A stretch of 64,000 nt of DNA, from assembly GCF_020745735.1 (NCBI RefSeq), contig NC_083418.1, positions 1,116,001 through 1,180,000 on the forward strand, given 5' to 3'. This document shows, piece after piece, positions 25,038-37,799 of this stretch (position 1 is the first letter of the stretch; the number at the start of each line of letters is the position of its first letter). Position numbers and translations under genes: made by a program. The notes below the pieces were generated by a model that saw nothing but the letters and a program-made list of their open reading frames with translations, did not search any database and was not told the origin of the DNA. Source of the stretch: Hemiscyllium ocellatum (Eukaryota).

Positions 25038-25999
25038 AGAGGCAAGAGAGCCTCCATCGTTAGGTGAAGAAATAACGTTAGGCTTTTTTTATTGCTCACT
25101 GGATATAAGACTCTTCTCCAAAATGATGGAGTCGTGGAGTTTTTTTTATAGCACTGACATAGGCCCATGATCCCGGTTTCCAGCATTTGGCCAGTACATA
25201 GTTCAGTGCTCTGTCGTTTCAAATGGTCATTTCAATGATATTTTCCTTGGCATATTTTAAACTCAAACGACACAACAAATTGGACTCAAGTTTGAAATGG
25301 GAAACAAACGCAGATTTTGCTGTACAACTCCTGAGTTTTGGCAGAATTTGTGAAGAGAAATCAGAGCTAACATTTTGAGTTCGGTGATCCCTCATCAGAA
25401 TCAGGTTTTCCAGCAACATCTGCTTTTGTCTGAGATTGACAAAAATGTATTCATGTGTCATCTGTGAACGCAACCTCAATTTCACCGACCAAGGAGAATA
25501 ATGCAGACACTTTCCCCGAAAATGACAGAGGCCTCAGGGTAGACGAAATCCAGCAAGTAGGATTTCACCCACTTGGCTTATTTGTCCCATTTCAGACTTC
25601 AACAGCAAAATATCTTTGCAGCAAAGTGCTCCTTTGGATGTTGGAAATGGCAATACAAAAATTCACTCGTGCCTCAGGAAGGCGCAAGCCGACAATCCCA
25701 GACTTACAAGAGCAATATCGTATCCATTGTGTGACAGCAGCACACCTGTAATGTGGGGGTCTCATGAAATGATAACTGAAGTACAATTGATGACTGATCA
25801 GTCTGTGTGCTTCAAATAAGTTGTAAAAGAGCTGAAGGAATCATGTACAGAAAGATGGGAGAATGCAATGCTGAATCAGATAGTGCCCAGTGTGATATCA
25901 GGGTGATCTTGCCTGGTTGTTTAAAAATTAGGATTTAGGGCCATCTGTTAGTTGTTAAGATTTACTGTAATTAACATGAAATACTACCTGATCTTTCGA

Positions 26000-26860
26000 A
26001 GCAGAATGAAGCTGTGGATAAATCGTAGAGATTTATACAACAGAAACACACCCTTTGAACCAAATTGCCCATGCCGACTAGATGTCATAACCTAATCTTG
26101 TACCATTTGCCAATATTTGGCCCATATTACTTTGAACGCTTCACATTCATTTACCCCTTTCAGATGACTTTTTAAAAATGGTTTGAAGATGCCGGTGGTG
26201 GACTGCAGAGTACAAAATTAAAAATCACACAACACCATGTTATAGTTCAAAAAGTTTATTTGGATGCACGAGCAATGTCTTACAATCTTATTCTCCACAA
26301 CTACCTGATGAAAAAGCAGCGCTCCGAAACGTAGTGCATCCAAATAAACCTGTTAGACAATAACACGGTGTTGTGTGAAATTTAACATTTAAGTGGTGTA
26401 CTTGTACCAGCCTGCATCATTTCCTCTGACAGCTCATACCATTTTCGCACCACCCTCTCCGTGAAAACGTAGTCCTCTTAGATCTCGTTTAATTTTTTTT
26501 CCTTTTCACCCTTAATCTGCGGCCTCCAGTTCTGGACTAGCTCCATCCCCGGGATAGGAATTTAGGCATTTACCCTATCCACGCACCTCATGATTTTATA
26601 CACGTTTATAAGTTCATCCTTCAGCCTCTGACACTCCAGGGAAAACAGTCACACCTATTGATCCTGTCCCTGCAGCTGGAATCCTCGAATCGTGTGAACA
26701 TACTTGTAAATATTTTCTGAACTCTTGCAAGTTTTACAAAATTCTTTCCAGAGGAGGGAGCCCAGAATTGCACGCAATGTCCAGAATAATGGACGAACTT
26801 GTTTCCTGTACTGCCACAATACGGTTTCCAAATTCCGATACTCAGCGCTAAGACTAATAA
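26000..26860 (-). mobile_element. CR1 LINE 3' fragment interrupted by a foldback element
   Basis: Typical minus-strand CR1 3' sequence (cacgcacctcatgattttatacacgtttataagttcatccttcagcctctgacactccagggaaaacagtc; ggagggagcccagaattgcacgcaatgtcc); tail near 26030-26060. Confidence 0.8.
26222..26385. mobile_element. ~165-bp foldback (palindromic) non-autonomous element
   Basis: Left arm aaatcacacaacaccatgttatagttcaaaaagtttatttggatgcac (26222-26269) is the imperfect reverse complement of gtgcatccaaataaacctgttagacaataacacggtgttgtgtgaaat (26334-26381). Confidence 0.85.
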
Positions 26861-26949
26861 GGGAAAACATCAGAATGACTTCTCTGCATGTTAACGTCCC
26901 ACATCAGCGTTGTCAGCAACAATTTCCTGATGTTCAATCGGCTTGAAAC

Positions 26950-27850
26950 GCGAACAGATGGGATGTCAGGAAAATGGAAAGACATTGGTGGTTTCTGAGA
27001 GGTTACGGTGAGTCGAGTGGAGTCAGGTTCAATGTGGGTGCTGAAGGCGGGTTTTCCTGTTTATCTTGGAGCGCACATCACAGCGGATGTAGCAACCACA
27101 ATGACTGCCTAGTCTGTGTTGTCCTTTGCAAACCACAGGAGAAAGTGAGGACCACAGATCCTGGAGATCAACGTCGCGAATATGGCGCTGTAAAAGCACA
27201 GCCGGCCTGGTAACATCCGAGGAACAGGAGAATCGACGTTTTGAGCATAAGCCATTCATCAGGAATGAAGCTTGTGGGCTAGGGAGCTGAGAGGTAAATG
27301 GGAGGCGGTTGAGACTAGGTGCAAGATAGCTGAGAATGCAATAGGTAGATGAAGGTGGGGAGAAGAGTATAGTTTGGAGAGGAATGTGGAGCGGAATGAT
27401 GGGAAATATGATGAACATGCTAAGAGTTCGAGGCTTGGGACGGGCAAAAGGTTGTGGAAGGAATTGTGGCCAAAGATGAAATCCACGGTAATCCAGTGGG
27501 GTTGAAGTTTGCCAAGGCGTCATATGAGGCTTCACTCCCCCAGGCTTCAGGCGTTAAGCGTTTGGCGATGGAGGAGGCCAACACCTGCATGTCCTTTGGT
27601 AGAGTGAGAGTGGGAGTTGAACTGTTCAGCTACATGCCTTTGGAGTTGTTGCGGGCGTCCAGATATTTATCCAGAAATGATCGACAAGCTGACATCACGT
27701 CTGCCGATGTGGAGGAGGCCACATTGGTTGCAACGAACATAGTAGATGATATTTGTGTATGTGCAACGGACGCACAAATGTCATCGACTATATCCACTGG
27801 AACGGCTGTGGTCTCCCAACCCTGATCCCCTTGCAGCCACATTTCTGGGA
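26950..27850 (-). mobile_element. Penelope-like element 3' portion (GIY-YIG plus pLTR) with an inverted 5' duplication
   Basis: Minus strand TNIIYYVRCNQCGLLHIG (GIY-YIG VYxIxCxxC..YIGET motif) at ~27705-27760; pLTR gctgtaaaagcacagccggcctggtaacatccgaggaacaggagaatcgacgttttgagcataagccattcatcagga. Confidence 0.8.
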
Positions 27851-27999
27851 TACCCACAAGAAGTACCTGCAAATTTCAAGCTCGTTTATCTTGCTTCATA
27901 CACTGGTTCTATTTAGGTGCAACGCCATCATTCCTGCCGGGACTGCTCCTCTTCTCAGTGATGTCCCATTACCTTCCGTGCCGGATGTAATTTCCTCAC

Positions 28000-28700
28000 C
28001 CTTTCCATACGTTTGTCTAATTACTTGTTGTGGAAACTTTACACTGAGGAAAGTCCCCCTCTTCATTTTTTTTCCACAGTTTTCTATGCAACTGAAACCA
28101 ACTCCCATGATTTAGTTTAAAGTCCTATCGACAGACCTGAGTCAACAAATTTTCCAAGGATATTGGTCCTAGCATCATTAAATAGTAATCCCGAGATTAT
28201 TCCTCATTTATTTGCTATCTAATTTAGCACCAAGTTAAATTCCATCAGCAGAAACTCTTTTCACTTTCAACTTACATCAACATCTGGATCATTCACCCTT
28301 CCCAATCCAAGTTCATCTGTAAACCAGATGAACATCGTGAAAACGGTCACCAGGCAGTCTATGTAGCATTTCCGACCCAAGAGTCAGGAAATATGGAACC
28401 GTCTCTATTTCCTGGCACCTACTATCACTAATTATACTGACAGATCTCTTTTCACCTTCGCTTGAATGGCGCCTCGACCACATTTCTGTCCTCTGTTTGC
28501 TCATCCTCCCTATTGCCAAAATTCTGATCTACGCTGGGAGCAAGTATCTCCAATCTGTTGTACAGGTTGAAGGGCTGAGACACCTTCACTATTACCCTCT
28601 GGTTCCCTCTAACTGCCTCATTCATAGTCATACCCTTCTGTCTCTGATCAAGACCGATTTGAGTTAGTTAATCTCAGGAGTGTGACTGTCTCCACTGCAA
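28000..28700 (-). mobile_element. Degenerate CR1 fragments (ORF1/ORF2 junction region)
   Basis: Similarity by eye to minus-strand CR1 ORF1/ORF2 sequence (ccagatgaacatcgtgaaaacggtcaccaggc; gggagcaagtatctcc; aggagtgtgactgtctcc). No intact motif. Confidence 0.5.
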
Positions 28701-28932
28701 TAAAAATATATCTGCCTTAGATTTAAAGTTAACAAATCATCCTATATCCACTGCTGCTTGTAAAGGGAGTTGCAAGCATTTCACAAACGCACCTTCTTTT
28801 TTAAAACAGGATTAAACATTGTCTCTGATTTTCTCGAGGATGTTAATTGGTCCGAGGCATTGAAAATAATCCTGTCGCAGATGCTCTCCTTTTCTTGTTA
28901 ACAATGTTGAAAGAAAAAAAAAGTATTGTTCT

Positions 28933-29003
28933 TTCCCTAGCTGGGAATCGAACACAGGCCACTGCAGTGAAGGGACTGAATCCTTACCACTGAATCAGCA
29001 GGA
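28933..29003 (-). pseudogene. tRNA-Glu(TTC)-derived remnant
   Basis: ttccctagctgggaatcgaacacaggccactgcagtgaagggactgaatccttaccactgaatcagcagga aligns without gaps to the tRNA-Glu reverse complement. B box (gttcgattccc) retained; anticodon stem mispaired. Confidence 0.8.
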
Positions 29004-29289
29004 GGGCCTCCAACAGTCAGCTGCATGCGTTGTGTGATACCACACAAGCTCCTTGTAAGTGCTCTACTCAGACACAACTGCTTGGTTACCCTCATCCCAT
29101 TTCCCATCCATTGGCTGTTTATGTCTTCGCATCGCAAAATCATATCAGAATGCTTCTGGTGGTTATGTAGACTTCTGCTTTTCTGACTCTGACAGACATT
29201 TGGCTGAAGCTTCAAAAACCTGCTGGCTGATGAAGTTTTATTGCATATCTCTTCAAATCTGTCTGCCTCTAACCTTAAAGTTATGTACC

Positions 29290-29560
29290 CCGCGGTGATC
29301 GATCAAGAGGAAACATTTCTTTTAGACTACCTAATATATACAGCTCATTATTTATATTTCAATCACGTCTTTAAATATCTCCTCTGCTGTCAAAAAAAAA
29401 TAACTCCAGTCTGTTCAATCTTTCTTCAAAACTGGAGCTCTTCAACCTGCCAATATCCTGTTAAATCTCTGCTTCACGGTTTCCATCGCTATCATATCTT
29501 TGGTGTAATGAGAATTGCAGACCTGCACACAATACTCTGCCTAAAGCAGTATGAACAAAT
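29290..29560 (-). mobile_element. CR1 LINE 3' fragment
   Basis: taactccagtctgttcaatctttcttcaaaactggagctcttcaacctgccaatatcctgttaaatctctgc...gagaattgcagac is typical minus-strand CR1 ORF2 end. Confidence 0.7.
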
Positions 29561-30040
29561 GGAATAAATGACACAGAAAGCCACACAAACAGTTCTTTTC
29601 CAATAAATACTGTTTTGCTCAATACTGTCTTGTGTCCAATAATTTCTGGTCTATTTCAATAAAAGCTGTTGTATGAGAATTTATCTCATCACCAGGCATC
29701 TAAATGGATCGACTGATTGGAAGTTCCCGATGGTGGGATTTGGGCGCATTCATCCAGCAACAGTGACCGCAGCAGCACAGATTGAATGGTGTCAATGTAA
29801 GTGCTCGATTGTCCAGTGTCTTATTGAAATAGGAGGAGGTACATAAAGGGTGGTTACTGATTGTGGAAGGGGTGCAATCTCCAAGAAAGGTTGGGTTTAA
29901 AATCTTTTGCACGAAACGCTGAGATGTGAGAAAGCGGGTACATAACGGTGCAAGATCGTCACTTCGAAGAGTATTTTCATGTAAAATATGACTAACTCCT
30001 ACCCGCGTTTGCTAAGCATGTATTACGCGTCATACAACGG

Positions 30041-30105
30041 GAATGTAACTAAGATTGGAACTGAACTTGCAGCGGCCACAACACAAAGCAAAGCATGGTC
30101 CCGGC
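30041..30105 (-). pseudogene. tRNA-His(GTG)-derived remnant
   Basis: gtaactaagattggaactgaacttgcagcggccacaacacaaagc vs tRNA-His reverse complement gtgactcggattcgaaccgaggttgctgcggccacaacgcagagt. Anticodon GTG (cac) retained; D arm partly deleted. Confidence 0.78.
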
Positions 30106-30874
30106 GTCCCTTAGGGTAGTGTAAGAGGACAATTTAGGAACAGAACGAGATGCATAACAGAAATAATTGCCAAACAGTGACTGGGATGCTAGTACTCAGA
30201 GTGGACTGAATCTTTAACACTGACTTTGTTGAACGCTCATATTGATAGACTTCTCCAAAACATCAAAGGGTTAGGGGATACGACAGGATATTTTTGAAAT
30301 ACATTCCTAATAACAATGTAGTTTCACATCGGTTGTTTCACCAATTTGCTCACGAAAGCAACTAACCGCTGCTGCTAAATATCATATTATTTCAGTTCAC
30401 AATCCCAGAATCACAGAAATTGAGTGGTGTAGCCTCTAACACTCAACTGGAAATGCAGATGGCGAAAACCAGCAGATGTGGCTCCAGTGATGCAATCGAT
30501 GTGTGTGACGTCCATCCCAGATGGTATAGATGCACGTGAAATGCCGAGGTTGGCTCCAACCTCAAATGGAACAGCTTCTATTGACATGGACCAGAGGGGA
30601 GTATTGGGATACCAGGTTAGAAGCTTCAAACTCAGCTGTATCATTTTCTATTGACATGGAGAAGGGAGTATTGAACATCAGACTGGGAGCTCCAACCTCA
30701 CCCAGAGCGGCTCCGAATGAATAACAGCAGGGTGAGTTTGGACATCAGGCTGATGGAAAACATTTTAATCTGAAGTGAAATAATTTCTGGCTGGACACAT
30801 GCTTGTGGTTTGAGGAAATATCTGCCCAAGGGAAATGTCTTAGTTATAAAGAAGAATCATGGAAAAGTTAAAAT

Positions 30875-31160
30875 CGTGCTCAGTAGTTCGCAATGCAGTG
30901 TAACAACAGTAGCGTCTGGGATCGATTCACGGTCGGGTGACCGTCCATGTGGAGATTGCACGTTCTCATGGTGCTTGCGTGGGGTTCATCTGGGTTCTCT
31001 GGTTTCCTTCCCCAATCCAAAAATTATCAGTTGGATTGGTCTTGCTGAATTGCCCAGAGTCTTAGGTGCATAAGTTAGAGGGAAATGTGTCTGATGAGTT
31101 ACTCATTGGTGGAGGGATGTCCACTTCTTGAACAAAATGCCCTGTTTCCAAACTGTGGAG
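30875..31160 (+). mobile_element. Old, diverged V-SINE copy
   Basis: gggatcgattcacggtcgggtgaccgtccatgtggagattgcacgttctc...gggttctctggtttccttcccc...gccctgtttccaaactgt. Confidence 0.75.
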
Positions 31161-31679
31161 CATCAAATCAGTGCAGAGTGGAACGGAGGCAATGTTTTCT
31201 CTCTACGAACTTTCTCATATGGCTGACTCGGCAATGAATTAAATTTCTGGAAGGGATTAGGGAGTTTTAGTTCGTTTCCTTTTTGCATGTTACATCACTT
31301 GGCCCGTATGCCTCAGCATCAGAAATTCACATCTGACCACACTGAATTCAACCATCTGCTTTCTGATTTGTTTTTGTGTGTCCGTCTGCTGCATGTCATG
31401 GACAAAGGAGACTGGGTTTTTGGAGCGCAAACTGAACACGGGCTGCTGCGCTGTAAGCTCAGAATCGTAATTACTGCGCCACCAGCGATGACTAGAGTGA
31501 TCTTTGCATCGTTTCTTAATGACACAGCTTTTGTTTTTTTTCTCACTGCAGGTAATCTTCTCCAATATGATTGAATCATTGAGTATTAACAGCATAACAT
31601 CTCAGTTGTTCAACGCTGGCCTGTAGCCTTATGTGCTCTAACATTCCAAATATTCATCTCAATGCATGTGGGTTTACTC

Positions 31680-32130
31680 CTGAGCAGGTACTTCGTTTCC
31701 AGACATTTCGTCATCACAATAAGTAACATATTCAGTGACCCTCCTCGTGAACCACTGGTGGTATAGTCGTTTTCTATTCACCTGTCTGGGTTTCCTTGGG
31801 TTCGTAAAGCCATTTCTTTTGGTAACATCCTTTCCTAAGTTGATGCCATTTCCTGTTTTTTTTCAGGGGGTGGTAAATGCGATCCAAGTCAATGTGTTTG
31901 ACGATAGTGTTTCAGTTGGAATGTCAGGCTTCTAAGAGTTTTCTTTCTTTTCTCTCGTGCATATATAAATAGAAATCAGGCTACACCACCGGTTCTTCAT
32001 TCGGAGGCTCACTGAAAATGTTACCTAGCAAGGTGATGCAACGTCTGGAAACGAACCTTCCAGATCAGCGAGAAAATCTACATCCAGAACTTCAACCCGA
32101 CATACAAATCTTCTCAAACCGCGTTCATCT
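31680..32130. mobile_element. Penelope-like pLTR remnants in inverted arrangement
   Basis: ttcgtttccagacatttcgtcatcacaataagtaacatattcagtga (~31693) vs cactgaaaatgttacctagcaaggtgatgcaacgtctggaaacgaa (~32011), an imperfect reverse complement. Confidence 0.65.
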
Positions 32131-32300
32131 CAATGATATTTTCCCCGTAACGTTATAATCTAAAATAACACAATGAATGGAATGAAGTTTGAGACGGCAA
32201 AACTGGGTTCCTGTCTCTTGATGAACTGACACTCATTTTCACTCAAAGAGCGAACATAGACAGATGCCAGCGAGAGTGACAAACGATCAAACAGTACTTT

Positions 32301-32608
32301 TAGATTAGATTACTTACAGTGTGGAAACAGGCCCTTCGGCCCAACAAGTCCACACCGACCCGCCGAAGCGCAACCCACCCATACCCCTACATATACCCCT
32401 TACCTAACACTACGGGCAATTTAGCATGGCCAATTCACCTGACCCGCACATCTTTGGACTGTGGGAGGAAACCGGAGCACCCGGAGGAAACCCACGCAGA
32501 CACGGGGAGAACGTGCAAACTCCACACAGTCAGTTGCCTGAGGCAGGAATCGAACCCAGGTCCCTGGTGCTGTGAGGCAGCAGTGCTAACCACTGTGCCA
32601 CCGTGCCA
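32301..32608 (-). mobile_element. Young, full-length HE1-like V-SINE
   Basis: Near-complete reverse complement of 3069-3370, with intact A and B boxes (ggaatcgaaccc; gctaaccactgtgccaccgtgcc) and a (TTAGA)n tail. Confidence 0.95.
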
Positions 32609-33096
32609 CCCCCACTTGATTACATTGTCCCAATTCAGATTTCAAAACCACAGTCTGGTGACTGCAGTGAAAGTCAGCATCTGTTAGGTCCCCTGCTAAA
32701 TGTTCTCCCCCATTTATTACCTGTCACTCTCCAGTTTATGCTGCCTAAACTCTCTCACCATGCGAAACAGGAAAATTTCTTACGTCAGCTCCTTTCTGTC
32801 TTTCAGAATGATCTTCCTGAAATTCCTGAAAAGAAAAATATGAATGGGGTATTCCAAGAGTATTTTTGATGTACAGGGCGAGTCTTCTCATGACTGAGCT
32901 ACAGAACCAATGCATTACCGTATGAGACAGATGTCCTCATGCATGTTAAAATAGAAGGTAATACATGGATGGATAGCTTGTGTATCACAAACCAAACAAA
33001 TGAAACAAACCCGAGGCAGTGCCGAAGGAATCTGCCGAAAATGGGAAAATACAATGCTGATTCAGACACTGTACAAGGGGATATAAACAGATATCC

Positions 33097-33150
33097 TCCC
33101 GGGTAGCCCGCTCATAAGGATTCACTGCTTTCACTGCCATGGTCTGTTAA
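33097..33150 (+). pseudogene. tRNA-Glu(TTC)-like 5'/anticodon remnant
   Basis: aggattcactgctttcactgccatggtc vs tRNA-Glu aggattcggcgctttcaccgccgcggcc, with correct spacing from tccc at 33097; T arm lost. Confidence 0.55.
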
Positions 33151-33639
33151 TAGGTCCCATTGATAATAAGCTTTCGACAACAAATTATGCTTTGTACCCA
33201 TCAGAATCATTTCCCTGCATGTTTCAGTCCGACAACAGCAATGTCAGCTGCTCTTGCCTGACGTGCACTCGGCTGAAAACAAGAACAGAGGGGACTACAG
33301 GAAAAGGGAGGGACAATGCTTGTTTGTGAGAGGTGAGTGTGGACCCCATGGAGCCACGCTCTGTCCGAGTGCTGAAGTCGGGTTTCATGTTTATCCTCGT
33401 ACAATGATCACTCTGGATCAATCACTCACAACGATTGCACTTTGTTTGTCGTCCTTTGCACATCACACTTCGGTTCAGTGCCACGAGGGGATCATTACAT
33501 TTTTAATTTGACAATCTTTACCAAAGTCAGTTTTGCAGATTCATACTATAACACACTTAATTTCAGAAGCATAAAGAGATCGCATAGTCCAAGTGTGTTC
33601 CGCGATTACATGAGCTCAAATCTGAATTGATAATACTGA

Positions 33640-33760
33640 ACTGCATTTTCTTCATAAGCCTTGATAATTTTACTCAGTAAATCTGTGTCTCTCCCAGTCT
33701 TGAATATACTTAATAAGCCAGACCCGACAGTCCACGCGGGAAAGAATTCCCAGAGAATAT
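33640..33760 (-). mobile_element. CR1 3' UTR fragment
   Basis: Minus strand tgggaattctttcccgcgtggactgtcgggtctggcttattaagtatattcaagactgggagagacacagattt resembles the CR1 WNSLP..FK.E.DRF end. Confidence 0.6.
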
Positions 33761-35354
33761 GAGAATGGCATAACAATAGTGTGTCTACCTGACAGATTGG
33801 AAAGAACACGCAGTATCACAGTTGTGGCTGGAGGGGCAAGAGCACATGAGACTGCAACAAGTAAAGTTAATGAAAGGGAAGGAGTGGGAGTGCGTTCATA
33901 ATCCCACCACTGTTCGGCACTTCCCACATTTAATCAGTTAATCAGAACAATTAATGTAATTTCTTCTTCAGCAGGCCAAACTCTCTCCTCACCAGACTTC
34001 ACATCACACTGCACACGTGATAAAGTTTCAACTAGACTCAAATCATGAGTTTGCTTTCTCTCCTTGGTTGCTGGCTGACCAAGCATTGTGATTTCCAGCA
34101 TTTAATGTTTTGAGTGCAGATTGCAGCATCTGCAGTAAATTGCGCCGATTTTTTTTGTCTCATCTCTGTCTTAAATGTGCGAGCACCATTATTATTATAC
34201 ACTATGGTCCGAGGCTGTCCTATAAGCGAACCAACGTTTCTACATTCAAAAAGTTAAGTCTTCAACAAATTGGATGTTTCAAGAAGGAGTACTTTTTGGT
34301 GTTTGTTGTTGTACTGTATGTGTCGTGCAAGGCAATGGATATCAGACCTTCCACCCATTTGCTTATGTCTCTGATGTGAAACTCTCAACGAGTCTGACAG
34401 AGCTGTTCCTTTTACTATCGTCAATGATAGGAATTCATGTTCATATTTCAGAGCTTATACAAGAACAATAGACGCTGATCAGCATGGACGGTTGGGCCAA
34501 AGGGTTTGTTTCCGTACCATACATCTCTATGACTCTGAATTCATTCCAGAAAACAGCAGTGAGAGTGCTGACTCCGAACAACTAGAGAACCAGAGAAGGC
34601 GCACGCAATGCTTGCAACTTCTTGGCACTGTTTTTGTCTTCTTTACTTGCAAAATGATAATGAGTGACTGAGTTTTGATGGCACTCGGACAGTCCCGTCG
34701 GCTCAATATTTCAGTGCCAGTCATCTAATATCACACTTCTAAGGACAGTTTGCAGCAGTTGGCCTTTTGAGTTCCAACATTTTCAATGCTTATCTAAATA
34801 GTTATACCATGTCTTGAGGGCTTCGATGGTTAATCAAACACAGATAATTTGACCAATTACAGAAAAAAATTGATGTTTGCTGGAACATGAACGCTACAAT
34901 TTCTTCCTTGAAGACAGTTCTGAAAGGCAAACTCTTCCTCGGAACAGTTTGCCATTTCATATCATGATGCCACCAGTTTTGGATTAAAACCGCCACGCTG
35001 CCACACATGTCACTCCTTTGAACCCTCTCTGCTCATCTGCAGTGTGGTGTCCCTAGTGTAAACCACAACCGTTTTTCTCCCTCTAATAACAGTTCGCAAT
35101 GACAATGGCGACTTTAACCTTCAATGTTTGGCAATCTGTCAGACTTTGTCATATTATAGCCCTGGAGCACACAAGGGACATTTTATTTTCTATCACATGC
35201 ATTATATACGTCAATTATGTTTGTTGGAGATAAATAGAAAGATTCGTTTTACGTATAGTAACAAACAAGTTAAAAATCTACACTGGCAGCCACATAACGC
35301 AGCACTAAGCTTTTTTTTTAAAAAATCAAACTAACAGCGAATGTTGTAAATTGG

Positions 35355-35540
35355 AAATAAAAGCAGAAGTTGCAGGAAAGGCACAGCAGGACTGGAGGTA
35401 TCTACGAAGAGAAATCAGGGTGAATATTTCTGTTTCCCTGAAATGTGGAAGCACACCAGATCTGAAAGGTTAACCCTGATTTTTCTTCACCGATGCAACC
35501 AAACGTGCTGAGTAATCGATGCATTTCAGCTTCTAGTGCT
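35355..35540. mobile_element. Short foldback element
   Basis: gaagagaaatcagggtgaa (~35407) and ttaaccctgatttttcttc (~35470) are inverted; outer arms aaagcagaagttgcagg...cagcagg vs cgtgctgag...gcatttcagcttct. Confidence 0.6.
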
Positions 35541-36279
35541 GTGCACTGTTTTCTGAGAAAGTTTTACAATGCTCTGTGGTTGTCGTGACACCTTCAATGT
35601 GAATCTGAATCAAGATTGCTCCGTTTCGTCTCTGCTGTCCTTGGTAAACTCTCTGCCAAGCTCTAAGTTCCGTTATTTTCAAGAATGCATTCAACTGTCT
35701 TAGATACTTTATTATTCAATTCATTGACTCCCTAAATTAGCTTTTTTCAACAGATGAAGGTAATAGCCATAATGTATGTAGTTATTCACCAATTAATGGT
35801 GAAGGACCTGCGATTTGTGTCCAAATCAGTAACAATTAAATCATATCATTATGGTTTTCTAAGCTAACTTTCAAACCCAGTCAAATAATGAGATATTAGG
35901 GAGGCTACAAAATATTTTCTGGTCACAAATTTGTATTCTAGGAGTACAGTAAAGGGAAAAACTGAATTCGAAACTGGGGGAAGTGCAGTGAAGAAGTTTC
36001 ACAATTCATGGCCTTCACAGCTAAAGGTTTAAGGCACCAAATGTGAAATTCTAGAATGCTGAGGAGGTTAGGATTATAGGCATCGCAGATAAATCGAAGA
36101 GTCTTTGTTAAAAATAAGGTCGTTCTTGGAATATGCGCATCCCTTGGCTGGGTTAACAATAATTGAACTGACCTCATTGCCTTTGAAAGGGCTGGAATCT
36201 CGAGAACGTTACAGGTCTGGATCGAGAGCGGACGACCAAGAGACTTGAATAAAAGGAGGGAACGTTTAAAACGTATCTA

Positions 36280-37590
36280 TCTGTATGAAGTGCTAATCAA
36301 GTGCTGAGAAGCTGATCAACAGTGTGCCTCATAAACATGACTGTATTTATGAGAAAATAACTGTGAAGATTGATGAGGGTAGAGTAGTAGATATTGTTTA
36401 CATGGTCATTGGCAATGCCTTTAACAACCTTCCACATTGTAGACTAATTCTTAAAGTTAGGTCACATGGAAATTAGGGTGATCTTTCCAATTGAAAACAA
36501 AATAGTTCTAATACCATAAGACAGAAACAGAATGTGATGGGTTTTGTTTTCAGAATGGAGGACTGTTAGTAACAGTTATCCAAAACGATCGGTGTTGGGT
36601 CCACTTCTGTAGGTCATTTTTATATAAATTATTTGGATGTAAACATTGAAGTCATGCTTAGTACGTTTGCTGTTGGCAACAAAATTTATGACAGTGTCCA
36701 TTGTGTGGAATGCTATTTGAGTTTACAAATAGATCTTGATCAATATGTGAATCGACTAAAGATTGGCATGTTGTGTTTAATTAGAACAAATGCGAGTATC
36801 AATACTCAGACAATGAATAGTGTACCACTGGTGGGTTCTGTAGAACAGAGAGAGAGAGACGGAGGAGTTCAAGTGCATAACTATTGGAGTTTGCATGACA
36901 GCGAGATCGGGTGCTAAATGAGTTGTTGAGGATAATCAGTCCTGTGAGTATAGGGGTTAGGACCTCATATTAGGTTTGTTGGTGAGACATTGCCTGGAGT
37001 AGGGTGACCAGTCTTGCTTTAGGAAGGATATTAGTAAGCTGGGGAAGGTGGAGTAAAGACATGTCAGGATTTTATGGGGGAATGGAGGTTTTGTACTTGA
37101 AAGAGAAGCTCAAAAGGCTGGGCCTCTTCTTCAGTGGAGTGTAGGAGATTGAGAGGTGAACTTACAACAGATTGTTATAGCCTTTAATGATATAGATAAG
37201 GTGAATAGCAGGTTAATTTTACCTTGGATGAGGGATATCAAAATTAGTGAGCAGAGTTTTAAGGTGAGAGGACGAAGACCCAAAAAGACATGAGAGATTA
37301 AGAAAAAAATACTGTTTTATAAAGAGAGTGTTTCATATGTGGAATGAACTTTCTGAGGAAGCGGTTGATGTGAGTACAGTTACAAAATTTGAAAGATAGT
37401 TGAGCAATAGAAAACCCTTTCGAAAGGTCTTTATTGAAGTGCATGATTTTTTTTTGTAGTGATGCGGACAAAGCAAAGTCAGATGGGACCAGTTCAGTTT
37501 AAGTTTCTGGTGGAATAGACTGGTTTGGGCGGAAGGGTCTGTTTTCATGTTGCATGACTGCATAGCTGAATCTGTGTCTGCCAGCAAGGA
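36280..37590 (+). mobile_element. Degenerate CR1 LINE RT and 3' region
   Basis: gatgagggtagagtagtagatattgtttacatgg...gcctttaacaaccttccacat (AVDVVYMDF.KAFDKVPH); gatcggtgttgggtccacttctg (QGSVLGPLL); tail at ~37510-37570. Confidence 0.8.
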
Positions 37591-37799
37591 AACAGGTTAA
37601 TTGAAGAGTCTGCATTCCTGCGGAGGAAATTGTGATTGATAAAATTGGCCGAATTATTACTTCATGTGCCATTACGAACTGAAGCCTGGTTTCTGCAATC
37701 TCTGTTCACCATAGCTGGTCAGTGACTGAGATTGATGGGAAAGTAGTCCCGTGAACATCTCTGCCTCTGTTCTGGCTGTTAGTCTGAAAGAGGCTTACC

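Noticed and set aside
25670-25742. Possible tRNA-Ile-like remnant on the minus strand
   Set aside because: Similarity is scattered and neither box is recognisable; cannot be supported without cmsearch.
32880-32940. Possible tRNA-Ser-like remnant
   Set aside because: Only a short partial match (cagaaccaatgcattacc); consistent with chance.
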